Below, piece after piece: positions 29,656 through 40,018 of a DNA stretch of 64,000 nucleotides (positions are counted from its first letter, which is position 1; every line of letters starts with the position of its first letter). The stretch comes from Bacteroidota bacterium (GTDB lineage: Bacteria > Bacteroidota > Bacteroidia > JABDFU01): positions 21,125 to 85,124 of the forward strand of contig JABDFG010000002.1 of NCBI GenBank assembly GCA_013286655.1, read 5' to 3'. Below the pieces are notes generated by a model that saw only the letters and a program-made list of their open reading frames with translations, was not told the origin of the DNA and made no database searches. The translations under genes were made by a program, and so were the position numbers.

Positions 29656-32600
29656 ATGGGTAAAGATACAACGTACTGGAGAGGATTGGAGGAGTTAGCC
29701 AACAGTCCTGAATTTGTTAAGCACCAGCAAAATGAGTTTACGGAGGAGGTTCCGGTGGAGCAGTTTTTGGGCAGTAATTTGCTTGGTAAGACTTCTACTT
29801 CCCGCAGGGATTTTCTTAAGTTTTTGGGTTTTAGTGTGACGGCGGTGTCTCTTGCTGCTTGTGAAACTCCTGTTAATAAAGCGATTCCTTATATTGTAAA
29901 GCCGGAGGAAATTACTCCGGGTGAGGCGAATTGGTATGCTTCGAGTTATTTTGACGGTCAGGATTACGCGAGTGTTCTTGTGAAGACCAGAGAGGGTCGT
30001 CCGATCAAAATTGAGGGGAATGGGATGTCGGGTATCACCATGGGTGGTGCGAATGCGCGGGTTCAGGCTTCGGTGCTTTCTTTGTATGATTCGTCCCGTT
30101 TAAGGGGTCCTCAAATGAAGGGTGCTGCTGCAAGCTGGGATGCTGTGGATAAGGATATTGTCAGCAAGTTGTCTCAGATCAGTGCTGCCGGTGGAAATAT
30201 TCGTATTCTGAGTTCTACGGTGATCAGCCCTTCTACTAAACAGGTGATTGCTGATTTTACAGAAAAATATCCGGGTACTAAACATGTTATGCATGATGCG
30301 GTGTCGAACAGCGCAATGGTGAAAGCAAACTGGCATAGTTTTGAAAAATCGGCGATTCCTTCTTATTATTTTGATAAGGCGAGCATCATCGTGAGCATTT
30401 CTGCGGATTTTCTCGCAAACTGGTTGTCTCCGATTGAGTTTGCGAAACAATATGCAAAGGGTCGTAAGATCAGCAAGGAGAAAGCGGAACTGTCGAAGCA
30501 TGTTCAGTTTGAATCGAATCTTTCTTTGACGGGTGCTAATGCGGATGTGCGTTATCCGGTTAAGCCTTCTCAGTTTGGGACGGTAGCGGCTTCTTTGTAC
30601 AATGCAGTTGCTTCGCTGGCTGGTGCTCCTGCGCTGGAGGCTTCGAAGCTGGACATTGATGCGGATATTAAAAAAGTGGCAAAGGAGCTTTGGGCGAATA
30701 AGCGTAAGGCTTTGGTTGTTTGCGGACTGAACGATGTGGCTACGCAAATGATTGTGAATGGTATTAATACGTTGCTGGATAGTTATGAGAATACGGTTGA
30801 CTTGCGGACTCCTATGTTGGTGCGTCAAGGTAATGATGAGGCATTTTTAGAATTGGTGAATGAGATGAAGGCGGGTAGTGTTGCTGCACTGATTACGTAT
30901 AATACGAATCCTGTTTATACTGCTCCGGAAGCTTCGCAGTTTACGGAGGCGTATAAAAAAGTGGGGGTACGTATTTCCCTGGCGGACAGAGCGGATGAGA
31001 CTGCTGCAATGGCGGATTATATTTGTCCGGATCATCATTATCTGGAGAGCTGGAATGATGCCAACCCGAAAGTTGGCCATTACAGCTTAGCGCAACCCAC
31101 AATTGCTCCTATCTTTTCCAAGGCTACGGGTCATGAGGGTACCCGCTCTGCTCAGGAGAGTCTTTTGAATTGGGCGGAGGTTCATGAGGATTACCATTCT
31201 TTTGTACAGAAATATTGGGAAAGAAACATGTTCCCGCATCAAACGAAGGAGAGCAGTTTTCCAATGTTCTGGAATTTGGCTTTACAGAATGGGGTGTTGG
31301 AACTGGATGTGAATGCTCCCGTGGAAGTGAAGGATAAAAAAGGTGCTAAGAAAGAATCAGGTGCGAAAGAAACGAGTAAGGTGAATAATGGAGAGGAGAA
31401 GGTTTCTGGAACCCGTATGGACCTGGCTTCGGCTGCTGCCCATATTAATAAGTATACTGCGAAGGAAGGAAGCTGGGAACTGGCTTTGTATGAAAAGATT
31501 TCGATCGGTAATGGCAGTCATGCGAATAATCCCTGGTTGCAGGAATTACCGGATCCGATTTCTAAAGTGACCTGGGATAATTACGTGACGATGTCACCTG
31601 CTGATATGAAGGTGAAGGGTTATAAGATGCAGGAGCGTCAAGACCGGGAAGCGAGTATTGTGAATGTTACCTTGGGTAATACGACGATTCCTTTGCCTGT
31701 TTATCCTCAACCGGGACAAATGCGTGGTACGATCGGGATTGCTTTGGGTTACGGCCGCACAAAAGCGGGTGCCCTGAGTGATAAGACGGGTGTGGTTGGT
31801 CAGAATGCGTATCCTTTTGTTCAGATTGTGAATGGGGCTTTGTGTTATACTGCCGGTGATGTGACGCTTTCAGGCGAGATAGGAACAACGGAGCTGGCGG
31901 CTACGCAGGTTCACCATACGATCATGGGCAGAAATCTGGTTCGTGAAACAACATTGGAAGAATATAAGAAGGATGCAAAGGCGGGTAATGAGGAGGAATT
32001 ATTGACGACTTCTGCCGGGAAAAAGGATGCACAGGACGAAACGCTTTGGGATAATCATGAGCGTCCGGGTCATTGGTGGGGTATGTCCATCGACCTGAAT
32101 TCCTGCATCGGTTGCGGTTCCTGTGTGGTGAGTTGTACGGCTGAGAATAATGTGGCGGTGGTGGGTAAGGATCAGGTGAGGCGTACGCGTGAAATGCACT
32201 GGCTGCGTATTGACCGGTATTATACTACGGATTGGCCGAATGAAGTGAAGGCGGCAAAGGATGAGGCGGATAAGGAGGGGATTGGTATGGTGGATATGTA
32301 CCTGGATATGGAAAATCCGAATGTGCAGAATCCTAAGGTGATGTTCCAGCCGGTGATGTGCCAGCATTGCAATCATGCTCCCTGTGAGTCTGTTTGCCCG
32401 GTACTGGCTACGAATCACAGTTCGGAAGGTCTTAACCAGATGACGTATAACCGTTGTGTGGGTACCCGGTATTGTGCGAATAACTGTCCTTTTAAAGTGC
32501 GCCGTTTCAACTGGTTTAATTATAATGAGAATGATACGTTTGCAGGCTTGAATCCTGCTCAGGATAATCTTGGACGTCTGGTGTTGAATCCGGACGTGGT

Positions 32601-32952
32601 GGTTCGTTCGCGTGGTGTGATGGAAAAGTGTTCGATGTGTGTGCAACGGATACAGGCGGGTAAGCTGGATGCTAAAAAAGCGTTGCATAAATTACAGGAT
32701 GGTTCGATCAAGACGGCTTGTCAACAGAGCTGTCCTACGGAGGCGATCGTGTTTGGGGATATTAATGATGCAGATAGCCGTATTGCTCAGTTGAGAAAGG
32801 ATGAACGGAATTATTTTATGCTTCATGAATTGAATATTCAGCCGAATGTGTCCTACATGGTAAAGGTCCGGAATACGGAGCCTGAACTGGCGGAGGTTGG
32901 TAAAGCGCATGGTGGTAAGGCAGAGGCTAAAGTAGAAAAGAAAGAATCGTAG
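29656..32952 (+). CDS. actB: Alternative complex III subunit ActB (molybdopterin-oxidoreductase-like + 4Fe-4S domains), Tat signal
   Basis: 1098 aa with a twin-arginine motif SRRDFLKFLGFSVTAVSLAAC and C-terminal ferredoxin cysteine clusters (CIGCGSCVVSC, CQHCNHAPCESVCP, CVGTRYCANNCP, CSMC). Confidence 0.9.
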   Translation: MGKDTTYWRGLEELANSPEFVKHQQNEFTEEVPVEQFLGSNLLGKTSTSRRDFLKFLGFSVTAVSLAACETPVNKAIPYIVKPEEITPGEANWYASSYFDGQDYASVLVKTREGRPIKIEGNGMSGITMGGANARVQASVLSLYDSSRLRGPQMKGAAASWDAVDKDIVSKLSQISAAGGNIRILSSTVISPSTKQVIADFTEKYPGTKHVMHDAVSNSAMVKANWHSFEKSAIPSYYFDKASIIVSISADFLANWLSPIEFAKQYAKGRKISKEKAELSKHVQFESNLSLTGANADVRYPVKPSQFGTVAASLYNAVASLAGAPALEASKLDIDADIKKVAKELWANKRKALVVCGLNDVATQMIVNGINTLLDSYENTVDLRTPMLVRQGNDEAFLELVNEMKAGSVAALITYNTNPVYTAPEASQFTEAYKKVGVRISLADRADETAAMADYICPDHHYLESWNDANPKVGHYSLAQPTIAPIFSKATGHEGTRSAQESLLNWAEVHEDYHSFVQKYWERNMFPHQTKESSFPMFWNLALQNGVLELDVNAPVEVKDKKGAKKESGAKETSKVNNGEEKVSGTRMDLASAAAHINKYTAKEGSWELALYEKISIGNGSHANNPWLQELPDPISKVTWDNYVTMSPADMKVKGYKMQERQDREASIVNVTLGNTTIPLPVYPQPGQMRGTIGIALGYGRTKAGALSDKTGVVGQNAYPFVQIVNGALCYTAGDVTLSGEIGTTELAATQVHHTIMGRNLVRETTLEEYKKDAKAGNEEELLTTSAGKKDAQDETLWDNHERPGHWWGMSIDLNSCIGCGSCVVSCTAENNVAVVGKDQVRRTREMHWLRIDRYYTTDWPNEVKAAKDEADKEGIGMVDMYLDMENPNVQNPKVMFQPVMCQHCNHAPCESVCPVLATNHSSEGLNQMTYNRCVGTRYCANNCPFKVRRFNWFNYNENDTFAGLNPAQDNLGRLVLNPDVVVRSRGVMEKCSMCVQRIQAGKLDAKKALHKLQDGSIKTACQQSCPTEAIVFGDINDADSRIAQLRKDERNYFMLHELNIQPNVSYMVKVRNTEPELAEVGKAHGGKAEAKVEKKES

Positions 32953-33005
32953 TGGAGGGAATGTTTTTTCGAATGGATCAGTTAAACGTAGCACTAATAT
33001 AGCAT

Positions 33006-34376
33006 ATGCATCAGGAATCAGAAATTCGTAAGCCCTTAATCATTGGTGACAGATCCTATAAGGATATTACCGATGATATTATAAGGCCTGTACAGGGGAA
33101 AGCTAATAAGTATTGGTGGATGGTATTCACCTTGTCGGTAACGACTTTTACCTGGGGGATTATTTGTCTCTGTTATACGATTGGTACGGGAATCGGGGTA
33201 TGGGGCTCTAACAATGGTGTTGACTGGGCCTGGGATATTACCAATTTTGTATGGTGGATCGGGATCGGGCATGCGGGGACTTTGATTTCTGCGGTGCTTT
33301 TGTTGTTCCGCCAGAAATGGAGAATGGCGATTAATCGCTCAGCAGAGGCGATGACGATTTTTGCGGTGATGTGTGCGGCGATTTTTGTGACCATGCACAC
33401 GGGCCGTCCCTGGTTGGATTATTGGTTGTTTCCATTGCCTAACCAGTTTGGTTCTTTGTGGATCAATTTTAATTCTCCTTTGGTCTGGGACGTTTTTGCG
33501 GTGTCGACTTATTTTTCTGTTTCGCTGGTGTTCTGGTATACCGGTTTGATTCCTGATTTTGCTACGATCCGTGACCGGATGACCAAGCCTCTTGCTAAGA
33601 AGGCGTATACCTTGCTTAGTTTCGGATGGAGTGGGCGTGCAAAGGATTGGTCGCGTTTTGAAGAAGTTTCCCTGGTACTGGCGGGTCTTTCTACTCCCCT
33701 GGTGTTTTCTGTTCACTCGATTGTATCTACTGACTTTGCAACTGCCGTGCTTCCGGGCTGGCATGCGACGATCTTCCCTCCTTATTTTGTGGCGGGTGCG
33801 GTTTTCTCCGGTTTCGCCATGGTGCAAACATTGATTCTTATTATGCGTAAGGTATTTAGCCTGGAGAGTTATATTAACCTGAAGCATATTGAGTACATGA
33901 ATATTGTTATTATCATCACGGGTTCTCTGGTGGGTGTGGCTTATTTGACGGAATTGTTTATGTCCTGGTATTCGGGTGTGGAGTATGAACAGTATGCTTT
34001 TATTAACCGTGCTACGGGTCCTTATTGGTGGGCTTATGCGCTGATGATGACCTGTAATGTGGTTTCTCCGCAATTGTTCTGGTTCAAAAAAATTCGGACG
34101 AGTCTGATCGCTACGTTTATTTTGTCGATCGTGGTAAATATCGGAATGTGGTTTGAGCGTTTTGTGATCATCGTTCCTACTCTTTGCCGCACGTATCTTC
34201 CTTCTTCCTGGAATATGTACCATCCTACGTTTGTGGATATTGGAGTTTTTACCGGAACAATCGGAATGTTCTTTACGTTCTTTTTATTGTTTGCACGTTT
34301 CTTCCCGGTGATTGCTCAGAGCGAATTGAAGTCGATTGTTAAGAGTTCGGGCTCGGAGTTTAAGAAGAAACATTGA
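33006..34376 (+). CDS. actC: Alternative complex III subunit ActC (NrfD/PsrC-like quinol-binding membrane subunit)
   Basis: 456 aa, polytopic, NrfD-like. Position in operon supports the call. Confidence 0.85.
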   Translation: MHQESEIRKPLIIGDRSYKDITDDIIRPVQGKANKYWWMVFTLSVTTFTWGIICLCYTIGTGIGVWGSNNGVDWAWDITNFVWWIGIGHAGTLISAVLLLFRQKWRMAINRSAEAMTIFAVMCAAIFVTMHTGRPWLDYWLFPLPNQFGSLWINFNSPLVWDVFAVSTYFSVSLVFWYTGLIPDFATIRDRMTKPLAKKAYTLLSFGWSGRAKDWSRFEEVSLVLAGLSTPLVFSVHSIVSTDFATAVLPGWHATIFPPYFVAGAVFSGFAMVQTLILIMRKVFSLESYINLKHIEYMNIVIIITGSLVGVAYLTELFMSWYSGVEYEQYAFINRATGPYWWAYALMMTCNVVSPQLFWFKKIRTSLIATFILSIVVNIGMWFERFVIIVPTLCRTYLPSSWNMYHPTFVDIGVFTGTIGMFFTFFLLFARFFPVIAQSELKSIVKSSGSEFKKKH

Positions 34377-34377
34377 A

Positions 34378-34454
34378 AAGTACAAAGTGGTTAGTAGGGA
34401 GTCTCAAGACTAATGACTAACTACTAATGACTAATTTATTAAATAAATAAGGAT
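34378..34454 (+). repeat. actC-actD intergenic element (copy A) carrying the palindrome AGTCTCAAGACT and nested TTAGTAG/CTACTAA stem
   Basis: About 75% identical over roughly 45 nt to the coxB-coxA spacer (38031-38105). Both begin A.AGTACA.AGT right after the stop and end at the next ATG. Confidence 0.5.
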
Positions 34455-34973
34455 ATGAGCAAAGTAACTCTTCATGGTATTTATGATGATGATGAGCAGT
34501 TGAAAAACGGGGCTATCAAAATCGTTGGTATGGGTATTCGTGTGAAGGAGGTTTTTTCTCCGTTTGCTATTCATGGTATCGATCCGATTATTGGGATTCG
34601 TCGTACCCGATTGCCGATCTGTTCTTTTATCTACGGTTGTACCGGCGCGCTGCTGGCTACCTGGATGATGTGGTATATGATGATTACGGATTGGCCTACG
34701 GAGGTGGGGGGTAAGCCTAATTTTAGTTTCCTGGTGAACTGGCCTGCTTTTATTCCGATTACGTTTGAGAGTACTGTTTTGTGTGCTGCGCATGGTATGG
34801 CGATCACCTTTTTTTTGAGAAGCTGGTTGATGCCTGGGGTTACTCCTAAGAATCCGGATCCCCGCACGACGGATAATAAATTTTTGATGTTGCTGGAAGT
34901 GAATAAGGAGGATCTTGGTAAGGTGGAAGCGGCTTTGAGGGAAACGGGTGCGAGTGAGGTGAATGTTAAATGA
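34455..34973 (+). CDS. actD: Alternative complex III subunit ActD (DUF3341-like)
   Basis: 172 aa, two TM helices. Position in operon supports the call. Confidence 0.75.
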   Translation: MSKVTLHGIYDDDEQLKNGAIKIVGMGIRVKEVFSPFAIHGIDPIIGIRRTRLPICSFIYGCTGALLATWMMWYMMITDWPTEVGGKPNFSFLVNWPAFIPITFESTVLCAAHGMAITFFLRSWLMPGVTPKNPDPRTTDNKFLMLLEVNKEDLGKVEAALRETGASEVNVK

Positions 34974-34980
34974 TCGGTGA

Positions 34981-35061
34981 GGAGGCATTAGTTATTAGCG
35001 AATAGCCAATAGCGAATAGCCAATAGGGTGTGGGGTGTATTTGATAACTAATTAAAGCGTA
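34981..35061. repeat. actD-actE intergenic tandem word repeat (TTAGCGAATAGCCAATA x2.5) flanked by inverted ATTAGTTAT/ATAACTAAT
   Basis: Read directly: TTAGCGAATAGCCAATAGCGAATAGCCAATAGGG (34993-35027), with ATTAGTTAT at about 34988 and ATAACTAAT at about 35045. Confidence 0.5.
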
Positions 35062-35721
35062 ATGTTTGGAAATACTTATCATATGGTCAGAAAAATTTAT
35101 AAAAGGGTTTTGACTCTTGGTTCTTTTGTCTTGGTTCTGGCTTCCTGCGGGAAGAAGGATGCGAACAGTCCTGGAATTGAGTACATGCCGGATATGTATC
35201 GTTCTCCTTCTCTGGAGGTTTATAATGGCAACCAACTGTCGGATGATACGGTCGGGATCCGCACGGTTGGTATGCGTTTGCCTGTTCCCGGAACTGTTCC
35301 AAGAGGTTTTATGCCTTATCCTTATGCGAATGATACTGCCGGTTATGCTGCTGCCGGCCGGGAGTTAAGGAATCCTATTCCTTTGACTCCAGAGATTTTG
35401 AAAGAGGGTGAGGAGTTGTATGGAAAATTTTGTGTTCATTGTCATGGTGCTCAGGGTGGTGGTGACGGGCCTGTGGGCTTGAAATTGCCGGGTGCTCCTC
35501 CTGCTTATTATGGTACGTTGAAAAATTTGCCTGCGGGTAAAATTTTCCATACGATAACGTATGGTAAGGGCTTAATGGGTTCTCATGCTTCGCAACTTAC
35601 GCAGCAGGAACGCTGGATTTTGGTTCATTATGTTCAGAAATTACAACACAGTAAGGATGCTCCGGCTGCCGGATCAGATTCAACGGCAGTGGCTAAAGTA
35701 GATACTAAAAAAAGGAAATAA
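35062..35721 (+). CDS. actE: Alternative complex III subunit ActE (monohaem cytochrome c lipoprotein)
   Basis: 219 aa with a lipoprotein signal (LVLASCGKK) and a single CVHCH haem-binding motif. Confidence 0.8.
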   Translation: MFGNTYHMVRKIYKRVLTLGSFVLVLASCGKKDANSPGIEYMPDMYRSPSLEVYNGNQLSDDTVGIRTVGMRLPVPGTVPRGFMPYPYANDTAGYAAAGRELRNPIPLTPEILKEGEELYGKFCVHCHGAQGGGDGPVGLKLPGAPPAYYGTLKNLPAGKIFHTITYGKGLMGSHASQLTQQERWILVHYVQKLQHSKDAPAAGSDSTAVAKVDTKKRK

Positions 35722-35748
35722 TTATTTGTTCAATCTATAACAAGCGTT

Positions 35749-36984
35749 ATGAATCAAACATTCACTTTTACAGATAAGGCCAAGCGTTTTTGCTATATCT
35801 TGATGGGTATTGGCCTGATAGGTTTAATCTGGGGATATGTTACGGATGGGAATGTGCCGGAGGATATGGCGGGACATTATAACCATAATCGCTTTTGGGC
35901 GAATATGCTGGTGAATTCTTTTTTCTTTATGGGGATCAGCCTGGCGGGTACTTTTTTCCTGGCTTTGCAATATGCTGCGGAGGCGGGCTGGTCGACTACG
36001 GTGAAACGCGTGATGGAAGCGGTGACTTGTTTTCTTCCGGTAGGTCTGGGTCTGATGTTATTGATGCTGTTATTGGGTGAGTGTAAAGTACATAATTTGT
36101 ATGAGTGGATGAATGGTGCTGTTTATGATAAGGCCTCTCCCGCTTATGATGCGGAAATTGCACATAAGCATGGTTATTTCAGTTGGCCTTTTTTCTTCGC
36201 CAGAACGTTTGGTTATATCCTGGTTTGGGGCTTCGTGCAACGTTTGTTCCGCAAGCGCTCCCTGGAAGCGGATCTGAATGGTGACAGCAATTATGTTATC
36301 CATTTTAAGAATGTAAAGACGGCTGCGATCTTTTTAGTGTTTTATGGTTTTACTTCTTCTACGATGTCCTGGGACTGGATGATGTCGATTGATGTTCATT
36401 GGTCCAGCACAATGTATGGCTGGTACAGCTTCGCGGGCACCTGGATCAGCGCGATTGTGATGATCACGATTCTGACCTTGTGGCTGAAGAGTCGTGGTTA
36501 CCTGGAGGAGGTTCAGAATAGTACAATCCATGATCTTGGTAAATGGATGTTCGCGGTGAGTTTCCTCTGGTCATACTTGTATTTTATGCAGTTCATGCTG
36601 ATCTGGTACACGAACGTGCCGGAAGAGGTGACTTATTTTTATGACCGTATTCATGAGTTTGGTTATCGCTGGCCGATGTGGTTAGCCTTTTTCATCAATT
36701 TTACTTTCCCGATGGTGATGCTGATGTCGCGTGATGCGAAGCGTAACTCGGGCTTCCTGATTTTTGTGGGCTCTTGCATTTTCGTTTTCCACTGGCTGGA
36801 TGTGTTTAACATGGTGATGCCTGCCACGGTTCATCAGCACTGGCATATCTGTTTTACAGAGATTGGTATGTTCCTTGGATTTTTGGGATTGTTCTTGTTT
36901 GTTGTTTTAACTAATCTTGCGAAGGCTCCTTTAATGGTGAAGAATCATCCTTACCTGGACGAAAGCAAGCATTTGCATACATAA
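35749..36984 (+). CDS. actF: Alternative complex III subunit ActF (NrfD-like membrane subunit)
   Basis: 411 aa, polytopic, NrfD-like. Last act gene before the oxidase genes. Confidence 0.8.
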   Translation: MNQTFTFTDKAKRFCYILMGIGLIGLIWGYVTDGNVPEDMAGHYNHNRFWANMLVNSFFFMGISLAGTFFLALQYAAEAGWSTTVKRVMEAVTCFLPVGLGLMLLMLLLGECKVHNLYEWMNGAVYDKASPAYDAEIAHKHGYFSWPFFFARTFGYILVWGFVQRLFRKRSLEADLNGDSNYVIHFKNVKTAAIFLVFYGFTSSTMSWDWMMSIDVHWSSTMYGWYSFAGTWISAIVMITILTLWLKSRGYLEEVQNSTIHDLGKWMFAVSFLWSYLYFMQFMLIWYTNVPEEVTYFYDRIHEFGYRWPMWLAFFINFTFPMVMLMSRDAKRNSGFLIFVGSCIFVFHWLDVFNMVMPATVHQHWHICFTEIGMFLGFLGLFLFVVLTNLAKAPLMVKNHPYLDESKHLHT

Positions 36985-37004
36985 ATTAATTTAAAAAAAG
37001 AGGT

Positions 37005-38030
37005 ATGATCAAGTTATTGATTTACGCAGCGATTGTTTTGCTGATTATTGCCGTGGCGCAGCTGGTGCGCGTTTTTGAGTTGGCTTCGGAATTGAAGGGT
37101 GAAAAAAGCAATGAGGTAACCTATAAGGACCATCGCAATCAGGGCCGGATGATGTTTGCTTTTTTGATTGCTTTTATGTTGTTTTTTGTATGGCAGGTGG
37201 TTAAATACAAGGATGCTATTTTGCCTGTTGCGGCTTCCGTGCATGGTAAAGACCTGGACTGGCTGATGTGGTTTAATATGGGTTTGATCACAATTGTGTT
37301 TGTTGTGATTAATTTTTTATTGTTTTATTTTTCTTATAAATATTATAGCCGCCCGGATTCTCAGGCGACTTATTTGCCGCATAATAATAAACTGGAGTTG
37401 ATCTGGACGGTTGTGCCTGCCATTGTTCTGGCGGTGATTATTATCCTGGGTCTGAAAATGTGGAATACGATTACGGAACCTGCCAGTAAGGATGCTATTG
37501 TTATTCAACTTTATGCGAAACAGTTTGACTGGACGGCTCGTTATGCGGGTAAGGACAGTACCCTGGGGCATTCGAATTTTAAATTGATTGATGGTGCGAA
37601 TGCGCTTGGTATTGATACACTGGATCCTCACAGTATGGATGATATTGTCGTGCACGGTGAGTTGCATATCCCGGTCGGCCGGCAGGTGGAATTTAAAATC
37701 AATTCGCGGGATGTGATTCACAGTGCGTTTATGCCCCATTTCAGAATACAAATGAATGCGGTTCCTGGTATGACGACTTCTATGCACATGACCCCGTCGA
37801 TTACTACGGAAGAAATGCGTAAGCGTCCGGAGGTGATTGCTCAGGTGAAAATGATTAACGAGATCCGCGCCAAAAAGGGTGAGGATCCTTATGAGTTCAA
37901 TTTCCTTTTATTGTGTAATAAGATTTGCGGAGCTTCGCACTCTAACATGCAGATGAATGTGGTGGTGGATACACCGGAGCAGTATGAAGCATGGTTGGCG
38001 AAACAGAAACCGTTTTTGGCTAAGAAGTAG
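37005..38030 (+). CDS. ctaC: Cytochrome c oxidase subunit II (CuA cupredoxin, no fused cytochrome c domain)
   Basis: 341 aa with TM helices and the CuA motif H...CNKICGASHSNM. Confidence 0.8.
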   Translation: MIKLLIYAAIVLLIIAVAQLVRVFELASELKGEKSNEVTYKDHRNQGRMMFAFLIAFMLFFVWQVVKYKDAILPVAASVHGKDLDWLMWFNMGLITIVFVVINFLLFYFSYKYYSRPDSQATYLPHNNKLELIWTVVPAIVLAVIIILGLKMWNTITEPASKDAIVIQLYAKQFDWTARYAGKDSTLGHSNFKLIDGANALGIDTLDPHSMDDIVVHGELHIPVGRQVEFKINSRDVIHSAFMPHFRIQMNAVPGMTTSMHMTPSITTEEMRKRPEVIAQVKMINEIRAKKGEDPYEFNFLLLCNKICGASHSNMQMNVVVDTPEQYEAWLAKQKPFLAKK

Positions 38031-38105
38031 ATAGTACAGAGTCGTTAGTCTGGAGACTTAGTACTCACGACTAATTACTTAATAATAATTTTAACTATAT
38101 AAAAT
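38031..38105 (+). repeat. coxB-coxA intergenic element (copy B) carrying the palindrome AGTCTGGAGACT
   Basis: Homologous to the 34378-34454 element (ATAGTACAGAGTCGTTAGTCTGGAGACTTAGTACTCACGACTAA...). Confidence 0.5.
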
Positions 38106-39917
38106 ATGTCAATGGATAATCACGGACACACTGAACATGCGCTGGAACACGCACATGCTGATCATCATCATGAGGAGTCGTTTATCACGAAGTATATTTT
38201 CAGCATGGACCATAAGGTCATCGCTCGCCAGTTTTTGATTACGGCGGTGTTTATGGCTTTGGTGGGTATGGTGATGTCGACTTTGTTCCGTCTGCAACTT
38301 GGATGGCCGGGACAGAAATTCTGGCTGATCGAGTTTTTGCTGGGGGATAAATGGGGTAAGGATGGTATTGTGGATCCGAATATGTACCTCGCCCTGGTGA
38401 CGATTCATGGTACGATCATGGTGTTTTTCCTGTTGACGGGTGGTTTGAGTGGCACGTTCAGTAATCTGCTGATTCCTTACCAGGTGGGTGCGCGTGACAT
38501 GGCTTCGGGCTTTTTGAATATGTTGTCGTTCTGGTTCTTTTTTGTTTCGAGTGTGGTGATGTTGAGCTCTTTGTTTATTGAGGGTGGTCCTGCTTCTGCC
38601 GGCTGGACAGTGTATCCTCCCCTGAGCGCCCTGCCGCAGGCGATACCGGGTTCGGGTTTGGGTATGACGCTTTGGCTGGTAAGTATTACTTTGTTTGTGA
38701 TTTCGGCTCTGCTGGGCGGTTTGAATTATATCATCACGATTTTTAATCTGCGTACAAAGGGGATGTCGATGACACGGATGCCGCTTACTGTATGGGCTTT
38801 CCTGGTGACGGCTATCCTGGGTGTATTGTCTTTCCCGGTTCTTGTTTCTGCCGTGGTGCTCTTATTGATGGATCGTTCGTTCGGAACGAGTTTCTATTTG
38901 TCGGATATTTATATCGGCGGGCAGGCACTCGAACAGAGCGGTGGCAGTCCGATCCTGTATCAACATTTGTTCTGGTTTTTGGGTCACCCGGAGGTGTACA
39001 TTGTATTATTGCCTGCTTTGGGGATTGCTTCGGAGGTTATTTCCACGAATGCCCGTAAGCCTATTTTCGGATACCGGGCGATGATCGGTTCTATTCTCGC
39101 GATTGGTTTTCTTTCTTTTATCGTTTGGGGTCACCATATGTTTATCACGGGCATGAATCCCTTCCTTGGTTCTGTGTTCGTGTTTACTACTTTGTTGATC
39201 GCGATTCCTTCTGCTGTGAAGGCGTTTAACTATATCACTACTTTGTGGAAAGGGAATATCAAGTTTACGCCTGCCATGTTATTTGCAATCGGCCTGGTGT
39301 CTACGTTTGTAACGGGTGGTGTTACGGGGATCATTCTGGCGGATTCTGCGCTGGATGTTCCGGTGCATGATACGTATTTCGTTGTGGGCCATTTCCATAT
39401 TGTAATGGGGCTTTCGGCTGTACTGGGGATGTTTGCGGGTGTTTATCACTGGTTTCCTAAATTGTTCCTGCGCCATATGAATAAGAAAATGGGTTACCTG
39501 CATTTCTGGCTGACGTTTATCTGTGCTTACGGTGTATTTTTCCCGATGCATTTTCTGGGTCTTGCGGGTGTTCCCAGGCGTTATTATACGAACAGCGCTT
39601 TCCCGATGTTTGATCACCTGGTGAATATCAATGTGATGATTTCCACCTTCGCTATTATTGGTGCTCTTGCACAATTCATCTTTGTGTTTAATTTCTTTTA
39701 CAGCATTTTCCGGGGTACGAAATCGGAGAAGAATCCATGGCATGGAAATACGCTGGAATGGACTACTCCGATGGCGCATACGCATGGTAACTGGCCGGGT
39801 GCGCTTCCGGTGGTTTACCGCTGGCCCTATGACTACAGCAAACCTGGTAAGCAATTGGATTATGTTCCTCAAACGGTTCCTCTGGAAGAAGGGGAAGTGG
39901 ATGGAGGCGGACATTGA
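38106..39917 (+). CDS. ctaD: Cytochrome c oxidase subunit I (haem-copper oxidase catalytic subunit)
   Basis: 603 aa with the conserved HCO segments (WFLGHPEVYI, GHHMF, FVVGHFHIVMG). Confidence 0.9.
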   Translation: MSMDNHGHTEHALEHAHADHHHEESFITKYIFSMDHKVIARQFLITAVFMALVGMVMSTLFRLQLGWPGQKFWLIEFLLGDKWGKDGIVDPNMYLALVTIHGTIMVFFLLTGGLSGTFSNLLIPYQVGARDMASGFLNMLSFWFFFVSSVVMLSSLFIEGGPASAGWTVYPPLSALPQAIPGSGLGMTLWLVSITLFVISALLGGLNYIITIFNLRTKGMSMTRMPLTVWAFLVTAILGVLSFPVLVSAVVLLLMDRSFGTSFYLSDIYIGGQALEQSGGSPILYQHLFWFLGHPEVYIVLLPALGIASEVISTNARKPIFGYRAMIGSILAIGFLSFIVWGHHMFITGMNPFLGSVFVFTTLLIAIPSAVKAFNYITTLWKGNIKFTPAMLFAIGLVSTFVTGGVTGIILADSALDVPVHDTYFVVGHFHIVMGLSAVLGMFAGVYHWFPKLFLRHMNKKMGYLHFWLTFICAYGVFFPMHFLGLAGVPRRYYTNSAFPMFDHLVNINVMISTFAIIGALAQFIFVFNFFYSIFRGTKSEKNPWHGNTLEWTTPMAHTHGNWPGALPVVYRWPYDYSKPGKQLDYVPQTVPLEEGEVDGGGH

Positions 39918-40018
39918 TTAATTAGCCAATTGGTGAATTAGCAATTGACAAGTATTCAGGTACTCCATTAAATATTAGGAGTAAAGTGAATAATTAGCGA
40001 ATTTCGTCGTTCTCTAAT

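Noticed and set aside
30100-34223. Long antisense ORFs inside actB and actC (30100..30828, 31999..32688, 33339..34223), rich in Arg/His/Thr
   Set aside because: They lie fully inside and opposite to strongly supported conserved genes. Their composition is the usual reverse-frame artefact of GC-rich third positions.
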